From positions 1 through 44,004 of the IMG/VR virus record IMGVR_UViG_3300010223_000005: a stretch of 44,004 bases of DNA; one strand, 5' to 3'. The notes beneath the pieces are model-generated. The model was not told the DNA's origin. It saw only the letters and a program-made list of their open reading frames with translations, and ran no database searches. A program made the position numbers and the translations under genes. This DNA comes from a virus. Its lineage: Duplodnaviria; Caudoviricetes. Positions 13,788 to 22,604 of the stretch are shown piece after piece (position 1 is the first letter of the stretch; each line of letters opens with the position of its first letter).

Positions 13788-14096
13788 TTATTTGTTATAG
13801 TTGCACATCGGGTTTTTGTCAAATTCTCTCGGATTAAAACACCCTCTTTCGTATTTGAATTCTTTTTTCTTTTCCCTTACACTTCTACGATTCATATTTG
13901 AATCAAACGAAATTTCCTTGACAGATTCTAATGGATGAAATCTAAATCCGCAAGCTTGTTTGTTTTTCTGAATCATTGTCCGGACTCTTTTCAAAGATTT
14001 ATCAACATTTTCATTAAAGATTAAATGTTTCGCAAGCTCTAAGCTTGTACCGGTTTTGATTAGCTTCCCATCACGATACATTTTGTACATTTTCAT
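13788..14096 (-). CDS. Hypothetical protein (102 aa)
   Basis: ORF track; overlapping stop/start. Confidence 0.7.
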   Translation of the reverse strand: MKMYKMYRDGKLIKTGTSLELAKHLIFNENVDKSLKRVRTMIQKNKQACGFRFHPLESVKEISFDSNMNRRSVREKKKEFKYERGCFNPREFDKNPMCNYNK

Positions 14097-14302
14097 ATTA
14101 ACTCCAGTTGTTCTTTTAAATGTAAGATATAAACTCCGTGCTTGCCTTTTGTTTTAGTTTCAATATTATAACCTTCGTCTCTTAATTGCCTTATATACTC
14201 TGCCGGGCTGTTAATCCATTTGCCACAATTATTCATCAAGTCTCTTATTGTAGCTTCTTCGTTATTCGTTAGGTATTCTAAAATGAGTTCTTTGTTTGTC
14301 AT
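14093..14302 (-). CDS. Small winged-HTH protein
   Basis: ILEYL...I.QLRDEGYNIET....Y pattern. Confidence 0.7.
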   Translation of the reverse strand: MTNKELILEYLTNNEEATIRDLMNNCGKWINSPAEYIRQLRDEGYNIETKTKGKHGVYILHLKEQLELI

Positions 14303-14679
14303 TTTATGATTTCCTTTTTAAGTTTGTTCATTTCTTCTAATAACTCCCTTAGCTCAACCATTTTCCATTGCTTGATTTTCTTCGATCTTATTATTAAGTC
14401 TTGCCAAGATTCAAGTCCGTATTTTCTTATGTACCAGTCAATATAGACTTCGGGTCTGTACTCGTGAACATTGTTACAGCTTCTGCATTGAGTGTGAAGA
14501 TTGTCCCAATCAAATCTTGTAGAATTGCAACCCTTTGTTATTATATGTCCTAACTGTAAGACCTTGTCCCCTTTAGCCCCGTTACAAGTTACACATTTCG
14601 GTTCTTGGTACAATCTGATTTCTCTCATCACGGAATGTATCTTGTCAATCAATTTCATTCTTTCTGATTTCTTTTTCAT
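14299..14679 (-). CDS. ninG: NinG-like HNH recombination nuclease
   Basis: CVTC...LGHII....STRFDWDNLHTQCRSCN. Confidence 0.8.
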   Translation of the reverse strand: MKKKSERMKLIDKIHSVMREIRLYQEPKCVTCNGAKGDKVLQLGHIITKGCNSTRFDWDNLHTQCRSCNNVHEYRPEVYIDWYIRKYGLESWQDLIIRSKKIKQWKMVELRELLEEMNKLKKEIIK

Positions 14680-15078
14680 TTACACCTCATTTGGTTCTGG
14701 TATTGATACGCTTAGAAATTCAGCTGCCCATCTTACAATTCGTTCCACGTACTGATTAAATTCTTCGGTGCTTAAATCAGTTGTCGATCTTATCACGGTC
14801 TCTGGATTGCCCTTAACTAATATTTCTATTTTCAAAAATTTGAATTTCATTAACTCGTGGACTTGTTCTGGCTCGTATCCGATTTCCTCAGATATGTACT
14901 TATACACGACTCCCCACAAATATCTGTTTTGCTCATTAGTTCTACTTTTAGTTTCGGGGCGGACTGTAATCTCAGCCCGCTTTCCCGATAACTTCTTAAA
15001 CGCTTGAATAAGTTGATCTTGATTGTAAGGGATAAACTTTCCCTTTTCATTTATTTGCCCGAATATCTTCTCGGTCAT
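14680..15078 (-). CDS. NinB/Orf-like recombination-associated protein
   Basis: RTNEQNRYLWGVVY...HE..K...STTDLSTEEF..Y. Confidence 0.7.
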   Translation of the reverse strand: MTEKIFGQINEKGKFIPYNQDQLIQAFKKLSGKRAEITVRPETKSRTNEQNRYLWGVVYKYISEEIGYEPEQVHELMKFKFLKIEILVKGNPETVIRSTTDLSTEEFNQYVERIVRWAAEFLSVSIPEPNEV

Positions 15079-15254
15079 TTCTTACCCAATGATTTTTGAA
15101 CTTCGTCTAAATGTTGCTGTTGGATTTTGTTCTTTAGATAAACGTATCTGATAAGTTCCTCTACCGACAATGTATCTTCAACATATATTTCATTTTCGTC
15201 TTCAATGTAGAAACTTATGCTTGTGTCGGTTGTTTCTGCTATTTTTAGCTTCAT
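15075..15254 (-). CDS. Small hypothetical protein (59 aa)
   Basis: Manual translation MKLKIAETTDTSISFY...; ATGA overlap with downstream gene. Confidence 0.6.
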   Translation of the reverse strand: MKLKIAETTDTSISFYIEDENEIYVEDTLSVEELIRYVYLKNKIQQQHLDEVQKSLGKK

Positions 15255-15283
15255 ATCTCTTTACCACCTAATTTAGTTTTAAT

Positions 15284-15556
15284 TCAGAACGGGAGCGAAC
15301 TGCCCTCGTCCTCTTTTATTTCTACTTTGTTCTCGTTAGCCTTTTCTTTGTCCGGTTTCCACGTGTCAAGTTCAGCATAACCCTTACCGGCTTTACTTAC
15401 TTTTAAGTCAACGTTTAACCAATCACCTTGAGGGTTCTCTATTAACCATTGTCTTAAATCCGGTAGTTTAATTGATACTTTCCCCTTTACAAAATCTGGG
15501 GCATTTTCGTGTGGTAACTTGAAAAAGAATCCACCTACAAAATTGTTGTCGCTCAT
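15284..15556 (-). CDS. Putative ssDNA-binding protein
   Basis: Short beta-rich domain, DTWKP, acidic tail ending LPF; in the recombination module. Confidence 0.6.
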   Translation of the reverse strand: MSDNNFVGGFFFKLPHENAPDFVKGKVSIKLPDLRQWLIENPQGDWLNVDLKVSKAGKGYAELDTWKPDKEKANENKVEIKEDEGSSLPF

Positions 15557-15771
15557 TTTTGCTCCTTTAATTGTTTTTCTATTTTCTCTAATTGTTCACA
15601 CGTTAATTCATCACGCATTAATTCTATTTCCATTTCTAAATCTTCGATTTTATCTTCCAATTCTTCAATTTTATCATCATATCTGCCATATTTAATTTCG
15701 TATTCTTCTCGCTCTTCGGCAGAGTGAAAAGAACTTGTACAAGCATATCTGCCACATATTTTACAACTCAT
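15553..15771 (-). CDS. Hypothetical protein, N-terminal CxxC..C..H plus coiled coil
   Basis: ORF track. Confidence 0.7.
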   Translation of the reverse strand: MSCKICGRYACTSSFHSAEEREEYEIKYGRYDDKIEELEDKIEDLEMEIELMRDELTCEQLEKIEKQLKEQK

Positions 15772-15780
15772 TTTTGCTCC

Positions 15781-16056
15781 TTATTCTACTTTTATTAGGT
15801 TGTTTAAGAATTTATCTAAGTTTCTTATTGTACCACGTTTGCCGGTTACGATATTGTGATACTTTGGATATGTCGGGAAAATGTCGATTTCATTGTTCAA
15901 TCTTATTTGGTAATCAGACAAAAATTTATATGACACACTGTGTTTTTCACAAAACTTAATTATCTCTTTCGTTCTGTTTTCTCGTCTTCCGGCTTTGCGT
16001 TCTTGCATCTCAGCACGATATTGTTTCCACATCTCGGTAGTCTCATTAGCCATCAC
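15781..16056 (-). CDS. Hypothetical protein (91 aa)
   Basis: ORF track; operon packing. Confidence 0.7.
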   Translation of the reverse strand: MMANETTEMWKQYRAEMQERKAGRRENRTKEIIKFCEKHSVSYKFLSDYQIRLNNEIDIFPTYPKYHNIVTGKRGTIRNLDKFLNNLIKVE

Positions 16057-16334
16057 GCTCTCCTTTTAGCTAATCGTTTAGCGATTACTTCTCCTATTTG
16101 CCTTCCATACCAAGTAGCATCATACTTAGTGCCTTTGTATTTCTTCAGCAATCTAGTTTTCTTCCATGAATCAAACGGTTTGCAAGGGTATAGAATAAAC
16201 TCTTTTCTTTTCAGAACAGAGCCAACTCCAAACCATACCCACTGAGACCAATTGCTCTTCTCGTCTATATATAAGAAAAGTTCCCACCGTTCGTCTAAAT
16301 GATTCCAAGCCTCATACAACTCGATATTCATCAC
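16053..16334 (-). CDS. Hypothetical protein (93 aa)
   Basis: ORF track; operon packing. Confidence 0.65.
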   Translation of the reverse strand: MMNIELYEAWNHLDERWELFLYIDEKSNWSQWVWFGVGSVLKRKEFILYPCKPFDSWKKTRLLKKYKGTKYDATWYGRQIGEVIAKRLAKRRA

Positions 16335-16933
16335 GCTACCTTTTTAAGTTTGTTAATTATTTCTTGTACTTCCTCTATTGCTTCGTTAATTCTTGTTTCT
16401 AATTCTTTAATTATTTTTTCGTCTCGGTACACTCTGATTTTGAAGTTGTCTATGTTTTCGTTGTCGTAAAAACTTACAAAGTCTATCCACTCCCTTACAG
16501 TAGCCCAAAGAAATCCATAAACTTGCCACTTGTAACTACTCGGTAACTTACCTTTTAGTAAGTAATCAATGTGAGTGTTATACTGAGGGCATTTGAACTC
16601 CGCACCGCCGTCATCACCGACTAATCCGTCTGGCGAAATCCCCACAAATTCATTCACCTCAATAAAACCAACTTCCCTCACAAGGAATCCGGTTTCGTCC
16701 TCATACCATCTTCTTGCTTTAGGCTCGGTTTCAGTCCCATATTCCATAGCTTTATTAACGTAGCTTTCAATTCTTTCTCCGGTTATTCTTTCATAAGCCA
16801 CTCGGTAAAGTTCATCTTGATAACCCTTAGTAGTTTTAGCACTCATAATTTTATCAAAACGACTTCCGCTAAACTTCCCGGTTTTTACCTTAAACCATTC
16901 TTCCGAACCTTGTTGCATTTCGTGGATAATCAT
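16331..16933 (-). CDS. YqaJ/lambda-exonuclease family recombination exonuclease
   Basis: QGSEEW..., M.YG.E.EP.AR, SPDGLV...EFKCP, Y.WQV. Confidence 0.92.
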   Translation of the reverse strand: MIIHEMQQGSEEWFKVKTGKFSGSRFDKIMSAKTTKGYQDELYRVAYERITGERIESYVNKAMEYGTETEPKARRWYEDETGFLVREVGFIEVNEFVGISPDGLVGDDGGAEFKCPQYNTHIDYLLKGKLPSSYKWQVYGFLWATVREWIDFVSFYDNENIDNFKIRVYRDEKIIKELETRINEAIEEVQEIINKLKKVA

Positions 16934-17589
16934 TTCAATTCCTCAAGTCTTTTAAGCACCATATCCTTAGCTTTACTTACTCCACGATCTTCAAACTCTC
17001 TTGTTATCTCGACTTGCTTCTTGCTTAGTTCGTCATAATTTTCAAATTCTTTAAGTCGTATAATCAAATCTTGCGTTGCGTTGGGGTCATCAAATCTTCC
17101 CGAAAGAGTGTCGTACATTATCTTATCTGCTCTGTTCATATCCTTACCGAATATTTTGCCTATCTTCTCAGCAGCATCTTTTATTGCGTAACTTTCAGCA
17201 GCCGGAGCAGCTTTCATAACTGCATCACTTTTAATCTGAGTCCAATCAGTAGCACCAGCGTTTTTATTAGTTTGCAGTGGGTTAGCGCCTATCCCATCTT
17301 GGTATATCATTTCACCAGTGATAGGATTTTGATAGTGGAGTCTTACTGTGACGACTACGGAGTTAGCAATTAGCTTTGCGTCTCTGATTTCGACATACCA
17401 CTTCTGAAATAATGCAGTTAATAAATACTCTACTCTTTCAATGGGTATGTATTTAACATTCTTTGCCATAGGGTGATCTTTTAACCACTCCTTTTTGGGT
17501 TCAGCGTTTAAAAGTACATTTAAGTCATCACTCTTTATGGCTAACGCTTTATCGTTGTACAAATCTTGTAGTACGGGTAGTTTCCTCAT
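16930..17589 (-). CDS. Rad52/Sak-like single-strand annealing protein
   Basis: YIP...V..LL..LF..W, SVVVTVRL, DGIG, A.S.AIKDAA..IG..FG; adjacent to the exonuclease. Confidence 0.75.
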   Translation of the reverse strand: MRKLPVLQDLYNDKALAIKSDDLNVLLNAEPKKEWLKDHPMAKNVKYIPIERVEYLLTALFQKWYVEIRDAKLIANSVVVTVRLHYQNPITGEMIYQDGIGANPLQTNKNAGATDWTQIKSDAVMKAAPAAESYAIKDAAEKIGKIFGKDMNRADKIMYDTLSGRFDDPNATQDLIIRLKEFENYDELSKKQVEITREFEDRGVSKAKDMVLKRLEELK

Positions 17590-17601
17590 TTCAATCTCCT
17601 T

Positions 17602-17907
17602 TTAAATTACACCCTCTCCATCGCAGTCTGGACATCTGCAATAAGGAGGACTTATTGTTTTCGAATTTATCCTTCCTCTGTCAAGGATTTCCCCTTCACC
17701 TTGACATCGTTCGCAGATTTCCCCAAGATCAAGAAGTTCTCTTTCCTTCTCGTCTCTGATATTTTCTTGATCTTTGATCTCCGCCTCAATTTCATATCGT
17801 TCCGTGCCTTTAGCCTTGATTAGATCATTCATGAGATAATCGATGTCATTTTCCAAGTCTTCAATTTCTTGTTTTAAATACGAAATTTCTTCAGCTCTCT
17901 CTGTCAT
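17602..17907 (-). CDS. Coiled-coil protein with DnaJ-type CxxCxGxG zinc finger
   Basis: CERCQGEG and CPDCDGEG; GGAGGT RBS before ATG17907. Confidence 0.75.
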   Translation of the reverse strand: MTERAEEISYLKQEIEDLENDIDYLMNDLIKAKGTERYEIEAEIKDQENIRDEKERELLDLGEICERCQGEGEILDRGRINSKTISPPYCRCPDCDGEGVI

Positions 17908-18101
17908 AATACCTCCTTGAAATCTTGAACTGTTAGGTTTCGCACAAACTCCTTCCCTTGTTCGGTCATTATCCATTTGCCTTTGTTATAAGGCTGGATA
18001 TAACCTTCTGCCAAGAGACTTTCTAATTCCATTAATGTGGGTTGAAAGTCCCCGCTTGGAGCTATGCCTTTCTTCCAGAATTTAATCATTAAGTTCTTCA
18101 T
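17904..18101 (-). CDS. Hypothetical protein, possible winged helix
   Basis: L..EGYI......W.MTEQG pattern. Confidence 0.6.
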   Translation of the reverse strand: MKNLMIKFWKKGIAPSGDFQPTLMELESLLAEGYIQPYNKGKWIMTEQGKEFVRNLTVQDFKEVL

Positions 18102-18267
18102 AATTACCCTCCTCTATTTTGCCAAATTCTGCGGTTGTTATTCCAACGACTTTAGCCGAGTTATCGTATTGATAATTTAATATCTTTGCGATTAACTCTG
18201 CTTCTTTTAGGGCGTCTCTTTTGTTGTCGCCCCAAACGAACATTTCAAATTTTACGGAATATCTCAT
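18082..18267 (-). CDS. Hypothetical protein (61 aa)
   Basis: ORF track; AAGGA RBS. Confidence 0.65.
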   Translation of the reverse strand: MRYSVKFEMFVWGDNKRDALKEAELIAKILNYQYDNSAKVVGITTAEFGKIEEGNYEELND

Positions 18268-18573
18268 TATAATAATTCCTTGCTTTGTTTCTCATTAAAA
18301 AGATTAAAATGATAATTACTATTATAATTATCATTTTTTCTTTTTCCGTTTTTCTATTTTACCATAAACATAATCAACAACTTCCCAAATTGTGATTCCA
18401 CAAATGCCCCCGATTATAAAAACAAAAATTAAAAGTTTCTCAATGCCTTCTGTCATCATTCCTCCTTTTGAGTTCTCGTTTAAAAATATCGTCGTAGTAT
18501 TCATTGGTTTTACCTACACAGTACCACCATCGTAAGAATAAAATCACTGCCAAAAAATAAATAATAAAATATA

Positions 18574-18786
18574 TCATTGATTTGCCTCAAAATGTTTTTC
18601 GTTAATTGATTTGGATATTTTTGTAAGTAACTTTTTTCTTTTTCCGTCCAAAGCATAGCTTATAGATGCTATGCTCCTTCTATGTTTCTTCGCAAGGGAT
18701 TCCAATGTAATCCCCTTTGCTTTCAAGAATTGTTTCCGCTCGTGAGGTTTAAGCGTTTCGAAATCTACGTCTAAAGATATTTTCAT
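18574..18786 (-). CDS. Cro/Ner-like HTH regulator
   Basis: LKAKGITLESLAKKHRRSIASISYALDG; first gene after a strong promoter. Confidence 0.7.
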   Translation of the reverse strand: MKISLDVDFETLKPHERKQFLKAKGITLESLAKKHRRSIASISYALDGKRKKLLTKISKSINEKHFEANQ

Positions 18787-18831
18787 AATTTGTCCGTTAA
18801 TGATTTTAATGTCTGTTAAAAAACTTAACGC

Positions 18832-18860
18832 AAATTAAGAAATCGGGTTTATATTGTCAA
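18832..18860 (-). promoter_or_regulatory. Putative sigma70 promoter of the leftward early/middle operon
   Basis: TTGACA-17 nt-TAATTT(G). Confidence 0.65.
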
Positions 18861-18931
18861 TAGGAAGGTTTAAGTTTGATGTTTATTTTTGATTTTTGTG
18901 GGTTTTTAGCTTATTTTCGCAGAAAATATTT

Positions 18932-19108
18932 TTAATTGTCTTCATCTAAATCATCGTATAACCTTTGCAGAACGTCTGCCTTTGTAAGCTCTAATATTCC
19001 TAACATCTCGGCATAAGTCAAGAACCCTTCATCTATATAAGCTTCACAAAGTTGTCTCAAGGCGTTGCTAAATTCGGTTATCTTCTTTACTCTTTTTTGT
19101 TCATCCAT
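18932..19108 (-). CDS. Small hypothetical protein (58 aa, MDEQKRVKK...)
   Basis: Manual translation; AAGGTG RBS. Confidence 0.65.
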   Translation of the reverse strand: MDEQKRVKKITEFSNALRQLCEAYIDEGFLTYAEMLGILELTKADVLQRLYDDLDEDN

Positions 19109-19132
19109 AAATATACACCTTTATCATCGCTG

Positions 19133-19342
19133 TTATATTTGTGTCTTTTGCCAGTGTTTGAACTCTTCAATTGATTCTGTCAAGGCTTCAAATATATTCT
19201 CTTCTTGGTAACCATAGCCTTTCATTACATCTATCATTAAATATAACATTTCACTAACATTAAGATGGCTTTCATTAGTTTCTTTAGTCACAATAATATT
19301 ATCTGATATATCCCATTCGGTTTCAAGTGTTATTTTAGTCAT
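19133..19342 (-). CDS. Hypothetical protein (69 aa)
   Basis: ORF track. Confidence 0.65.
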   Translation of the reverse strand: MTKITLETEWDISDNIIVTKETNESHLNVSEMLYLMIDVMKGYGYQEENIFEALTESIEEFKHWQKTQI

Positions 19343-19437
19343 ATGTCAATTATAGTTTACGTTTGTCAAGATATGCTTAGAATGTCCATTAATATTGGAC
19401 TAAGCCAGCAAGTTATAAGGTCTGATCTTAAAATGCA

Positions 19438-19524
19438 AGGGAGTGCGGGGTTTCCCCCGCTTAGATTATCCGTCCACCGCAACGGCTCATTCGTCCGTCC
19501 TCTAACGGTAGATTTGGACTCCCC
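19438..19524 (-). ncRNA. Candidate structured RNA
   Basis: GC-rich intergenic segment; GGGAGT/ACTCCC closing stem enclosing GCGGGG-GAAA-CCCCGC and other small hairpins. Confidence 0.35.
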
Positions 19525-19560
19525 AATAATGACCCGTAAAGAATAGTCCCATCGATTGGA

Positions 19561-19719
19561 CTATCCACCATTTTGAGCTTCTTCAAGAGGCTTGTCGGGT
19601 TCTATTTGTATCCAAATATGTTCTTTCAAATGATATACCCACTTATAACCGCATTCACAATTATGCTCTACGGTTGGTGGGCTGTTAATTACTCTCGTGC
19701 AATAACAATGCTGTTCCAT
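19561..19719 (-). CDS. Small Cys-rich protein (52 aa, MEQHCYC...CECG)
   Basis: Manual translation. Confidence 0.5.
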   Translation of the reverse strand: MEQHCYCTRVINSPPTVEHNCECGYKWVYHLKEHIWIQIEPDKPLEEAQNGG

Positions 19720-19756
19720 AGTCACTCTCTATGCCACTTATAGTATAATCGTGGCA

Positions 19757-20764
19757 TTACGCTTGGTAAATTTGTTTGTCGATTATCTTAAAGTTGTGTA
19801 CTTGGAAGAATTTTCTGCCGGAAGTTTCTACTATTGCGAATCCGTGATTCCATTTATTTAGCGGCATATATTTCGGGTGCATTTCCGATAAACATCCGAC
19901 ACTCCAACAAGATGTAAATTCGTCTTCTATGTTGTTTTCGGAGTGTGATGAGGATTGATGAAAGTGTCCGCACATTGCATTTTCTTTTGTCCTTAAATAA
20001 AGTCCTCTCGCCGGATTGACGGGGTTACTTATGCTGAATTTGTATTCGTGTCCGTGAATGATGAAAAGATTATTAACCTTAATCGGTTTCATATCTCCAA
20101 CCAATTCTATCCCAAACTTACTTAATTCAAAAACATTTTCAAAATCAAAATTAGGAACGCCTAACAATTCCGGCGCTTTGATTTCCATATATCTTTCATA
20201 TCTTTCCTCGTGGTTACCTATCTTGTATATGATCCTTGCTTTAGGAAAGTGCGCTCTTAACCATTCGAAAGATTGCAAAACTATTTTCCTTTCTTGAGGA
20301 AAGTCTTTTTTTCGTGGGTCTTTTTCCCATCTTGAAATTGAAAAGTGATCTTGATAATCGCCGTTTAACAAAATTATATCTACGTCAAACTCTTTGCCTC
20401 TTTTAACCGCAATCTCTAAGGCGGTCTTATCGTGATAAGGAATGTGGGTATCGGAAAGAACTAATATCTTGTGTTCTCCAGTTAGTTTATAAGCATTCCA
20501 ATCTTCCAAACTTGTTAATCCTTCCGGTAATTTTGGAAAGGTGTCCTTGCCTGTACGATGTTCACGGAGATAAGCCCTATCAACTAATGATTTTCTTTTC
20601 TCTTCTCCTAGCGCACCCCGATAGTGTCTTACCCTTGTTCTTGCTGTTTCATATGAATTGAAAATTTCGGGGTTGTCTCGATATATCATTCGGGCTAAAG
20701 TTCTGGTTGTAGCATCTGGAAATTTTTGCAAATAATCTTTGACTATATCACTTTGTAAAGACAT
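19757..20764 (-). CDS. Calcineurin-like metallophosphoesterase
   Basis: SDTHIP, NGD..D, GNHE, HGH, GHFH motifs. Confidence 0.9.
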   Translation of the reverse strand: MSLQSDIVKDYLQKFPDATTRTLARMIYRDNPEIFNSYETARTRVRHYRGALGEEKRKSLVDRAYLREHRTGKDTFPKLPEGLTSLEDWNAYKLTGEHKILVLSDTHIPYHDKTALEIAVKRGKEFDVDIILLNGDYQDHFSISRWEKDPRKKDFPQERKIVLQSFEWLRAHFPKARIIYKIGNHEERYERYMEIKAPELLGVPNFDFENVFELSKFGIELVGDMKPIKVNNLFIIHGHEYKFSISNPVNPARGLYLRTKENAMCGHFHQSSSHSENNIEDEFTSCWSVGCLSEMHPKYMPLNKWNHGFAIVETSGRKFFQVHNFKIIDKQIYQA

Positions 20765-20770
20765 ATTCCT

Positions 20771-21262
20771 CTATTTAATTTTTGTTAAATCGTAACCTTT
20801 GAATTGTTCTATATATTCTGAAATCTTTGTACCGAGTGCATCAGCATTATCTTTGCCTTTAAGAAATCGACGCAACCCTCCGAACCCCTTCAGATGTACA
20901 CCAGCCACTAATCCAGATTCGGTGTATTTTCTGATTGCTTTTTTGTATTCTTTTCTTAAATGTCTTAGGATTAAAGTAACGTGTTTTAAGAACAAATCAT
21001 CTTGCAATTCTCTGTTAGTTAAGAAATCACCGATTGTGATGAATTGTTTCAAATTCTGACCGGATGGATGCCAGCCATTGATTGAAAATCCTAAATCGTA
21101 AAGTCGTGGTTTACCGAACTGATACCTCCCTAAATAGCCCCAATCATTGACTATATAATAATTACCACCGGACTCTCTTTCTGCCAATGCTTCTCTAAAG
21201 TCTAAATAATCGCCTTTAGATTTAGTTAAAAACCTAATTTTTAGAAATTCTCTTAATCCCAC
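20771..21262 (-). CDS. Endolysin, lysozyme-like/transglycosylase fold
   Basis: RESGGNY...N..GYLGRYQF...Q..LF...H..G.GG. Confidence 0.8.
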   Translation of the reverse strand: MGLREFLKIRFLTKSKGDYLDFREALAERESGGNYYIVNDWGYLGRYQFGKPRLYDLGFSINGWHPSGQNLKQFITIGDFLTNRELQDDLFLKHVTLILRHLRKEYKKAIRKYTESGLVAGVHLKGFGGLRRFLKGKDNADALGTKISEYIEQFKGYDLTKIK

Positions 21263-21467
21263 TTGGAAGCTCTCCTTTTATTTTTTTGTGGATTGCCCCG
21301 CCAATGCCAACCGAACCAAAGAATATAGTAAAACCTAAACTTATCTTATGAGCCAAAGTATGTTCGGGAGCGAAGTACAAAATAGTAGATGCAATCGGAG
21401 TTCCAATTGCACCTATTATGGTTTTCCATCCGTTGATTTTCTCAGCTATTTTAATCAACTTATCCAC
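21234..21467 (-). CDS. Putative holin
   Basis: 77 aa, two hydrophobic segments, NGWKT motif, adjacent to the endolysin. Confidence 0.6.
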   Translation of the reverse strand: MDKLIKIAEKINGWKTIIGAIGTPIASTILYFAPEHTLAHKISLGFTIFFGSVGIGGAIHKKIKGELPSGIKRISKN

Positions 21468-21837
21468 GTATAACCTTTAAGAGTTCATATAAGGAATAAA
21501 TAGCCTCTAAAGATTTCTGCACAATTAGCTTTGCTCTTAAATCGTCAACTTCTAATTCGTTTTGGACAAATTCAATAAGTTGATTTAGTTCAGCTTCTTG
21601 CAAGTCGTCTAATTCATAAGGTACTTGATCGATTCCGGTTATTGCCTTTGGAAGTTTCGTAAAAGGTTTAACGAAGTTAAAGATATCAGAGACAGATAAT
21701 TTACCATCAGAATAACTTTCGATAATAGCATTAGCTAAACTTACAGCAGCATCAACTACGTCCATCGTCTCGTCAATGCCTATATTGATCCCGGCTTTGT
21801 CCGGCACTCTTACAAATTCTAATTTCTTGGGTGTCAT
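21460..21837 (-). CDS. Hypothetical protein in the lysis module
   Basis: ORF track. Confidence 0.75.
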   Translation of the reverse strand: MTPKKLEFVRVPDKAGINIGIDETMDVVDAAVSLANAIIESYSDGKLSVSDIFNFVKPFTKLPKAITGIDQVPYELDDLQEAELNQLIEFVQNELEVDDLRAKLIVQKSLEAIYSLYELLKVIRG

Positions 21838-21846
21838 TTGTTACTC

Positions 21847-22113
21847 CTATAATATTTGTTTAATTGTTAATAATGTATAAATCAAAGCTGCAAGAACTCC
21901 TATATCTTTGATTATAGTCATTGTTTGTTTCCAAGTCCATTGCTTGAATAGCTTGTCATATACCATTTGAAAGAATTGCGATCTCTTAAATGATACGTCT
22001 CTGCCCCCGCCGTTCTTAATAACGATATTCTGTTGTGCTTTAACGTCATCCGATAGTTGATTTAATTTTGTGATAATATCGTCAAATCTCTGCGTTAATT
22101 CGTTATTTTCCAT
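21847..22113 (-). CDS. Small protein with C-terminal TM segment (possible holin/antiholin)
   Basis: IGVLAALIYTLLTI. Confidence 0.6.
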   Translation of the reverse strand: MENNELTQRFDDIITKLNQLSDDVKAQQNIVIKNGGGRDVSFKRSQFFQMVYDKLFKQWTWKQTMTIIKDIGVLAALIYTLLTIKQIL

Positions 22114-22115
22114 AG

Positions 22116-22604
22116 CTATAATAGTTTATATATAAAATAGTTAATTCCAATAGTAATTATAACCGAACCGATTGTTATGAAAGGCGAATCAAAATTTTCA
22201 ACCCATCCGCCGGTTTTGTGTTCTTTTTGATAGTCTGATTGATAAAATGCAGACTCCCCTCTTGCAAAGTTGTAACTAATTTTATGAGCAAGTCCCCAAA
22301 TTGCTACGCTCATTAAAGCATCTGAGACAGTATGCCAAAACTTAAATTCAGAATTTAAAGGAATTGATACACCCATTAAGACTTGCCCGCCTCTTGAAAA
22401 ATATTTCCATCTATGCCAAGCTCTATCCCACTCTATTCTTTCACTTCCGCTCGTAGCAAACTTTTGGTATTGCGCAAAGTCCGCTTGACCTTCTGTATAT
22501 CCAGCGATAAAAGAAACACCTATTTGAGCGGCTTTCTTCCAAGTCCAAAAGTCTTGAGCATTAAGAGTAACAGTAAATAGCAATATGAAGATTAGCTTTC
22601 TCAT
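22116..22604 (-). CDS. Signal-peptide membrane protein
   Basis: MRKLIFILLFTVTLNA|Q; hydrophobic segments. Confidence 0.75.
   Translation of the reverse strand: MRKLIFILLFTVTLNAQDFWTWKKAAQIGVSFIAGYTEGQADFAQYQKFATSGSERIEWDRAWHRWKYFSRGGQVLMGVSIPLNSEFKFWHTVSDALMSVAIWGLAHKISYNFARGESAFYQSDYQKEHKTGGWVENFDSPFITIGSVIITIGINYFIYKLL

Noticed and set aside
19445-19490. Group II intron domain V/VI remnant (GAGCCGTTGCGGTG...)
   Set aside because: Only a short resemblance; the D5 hairpin cannot be completed and no other intron domains or RT are present.
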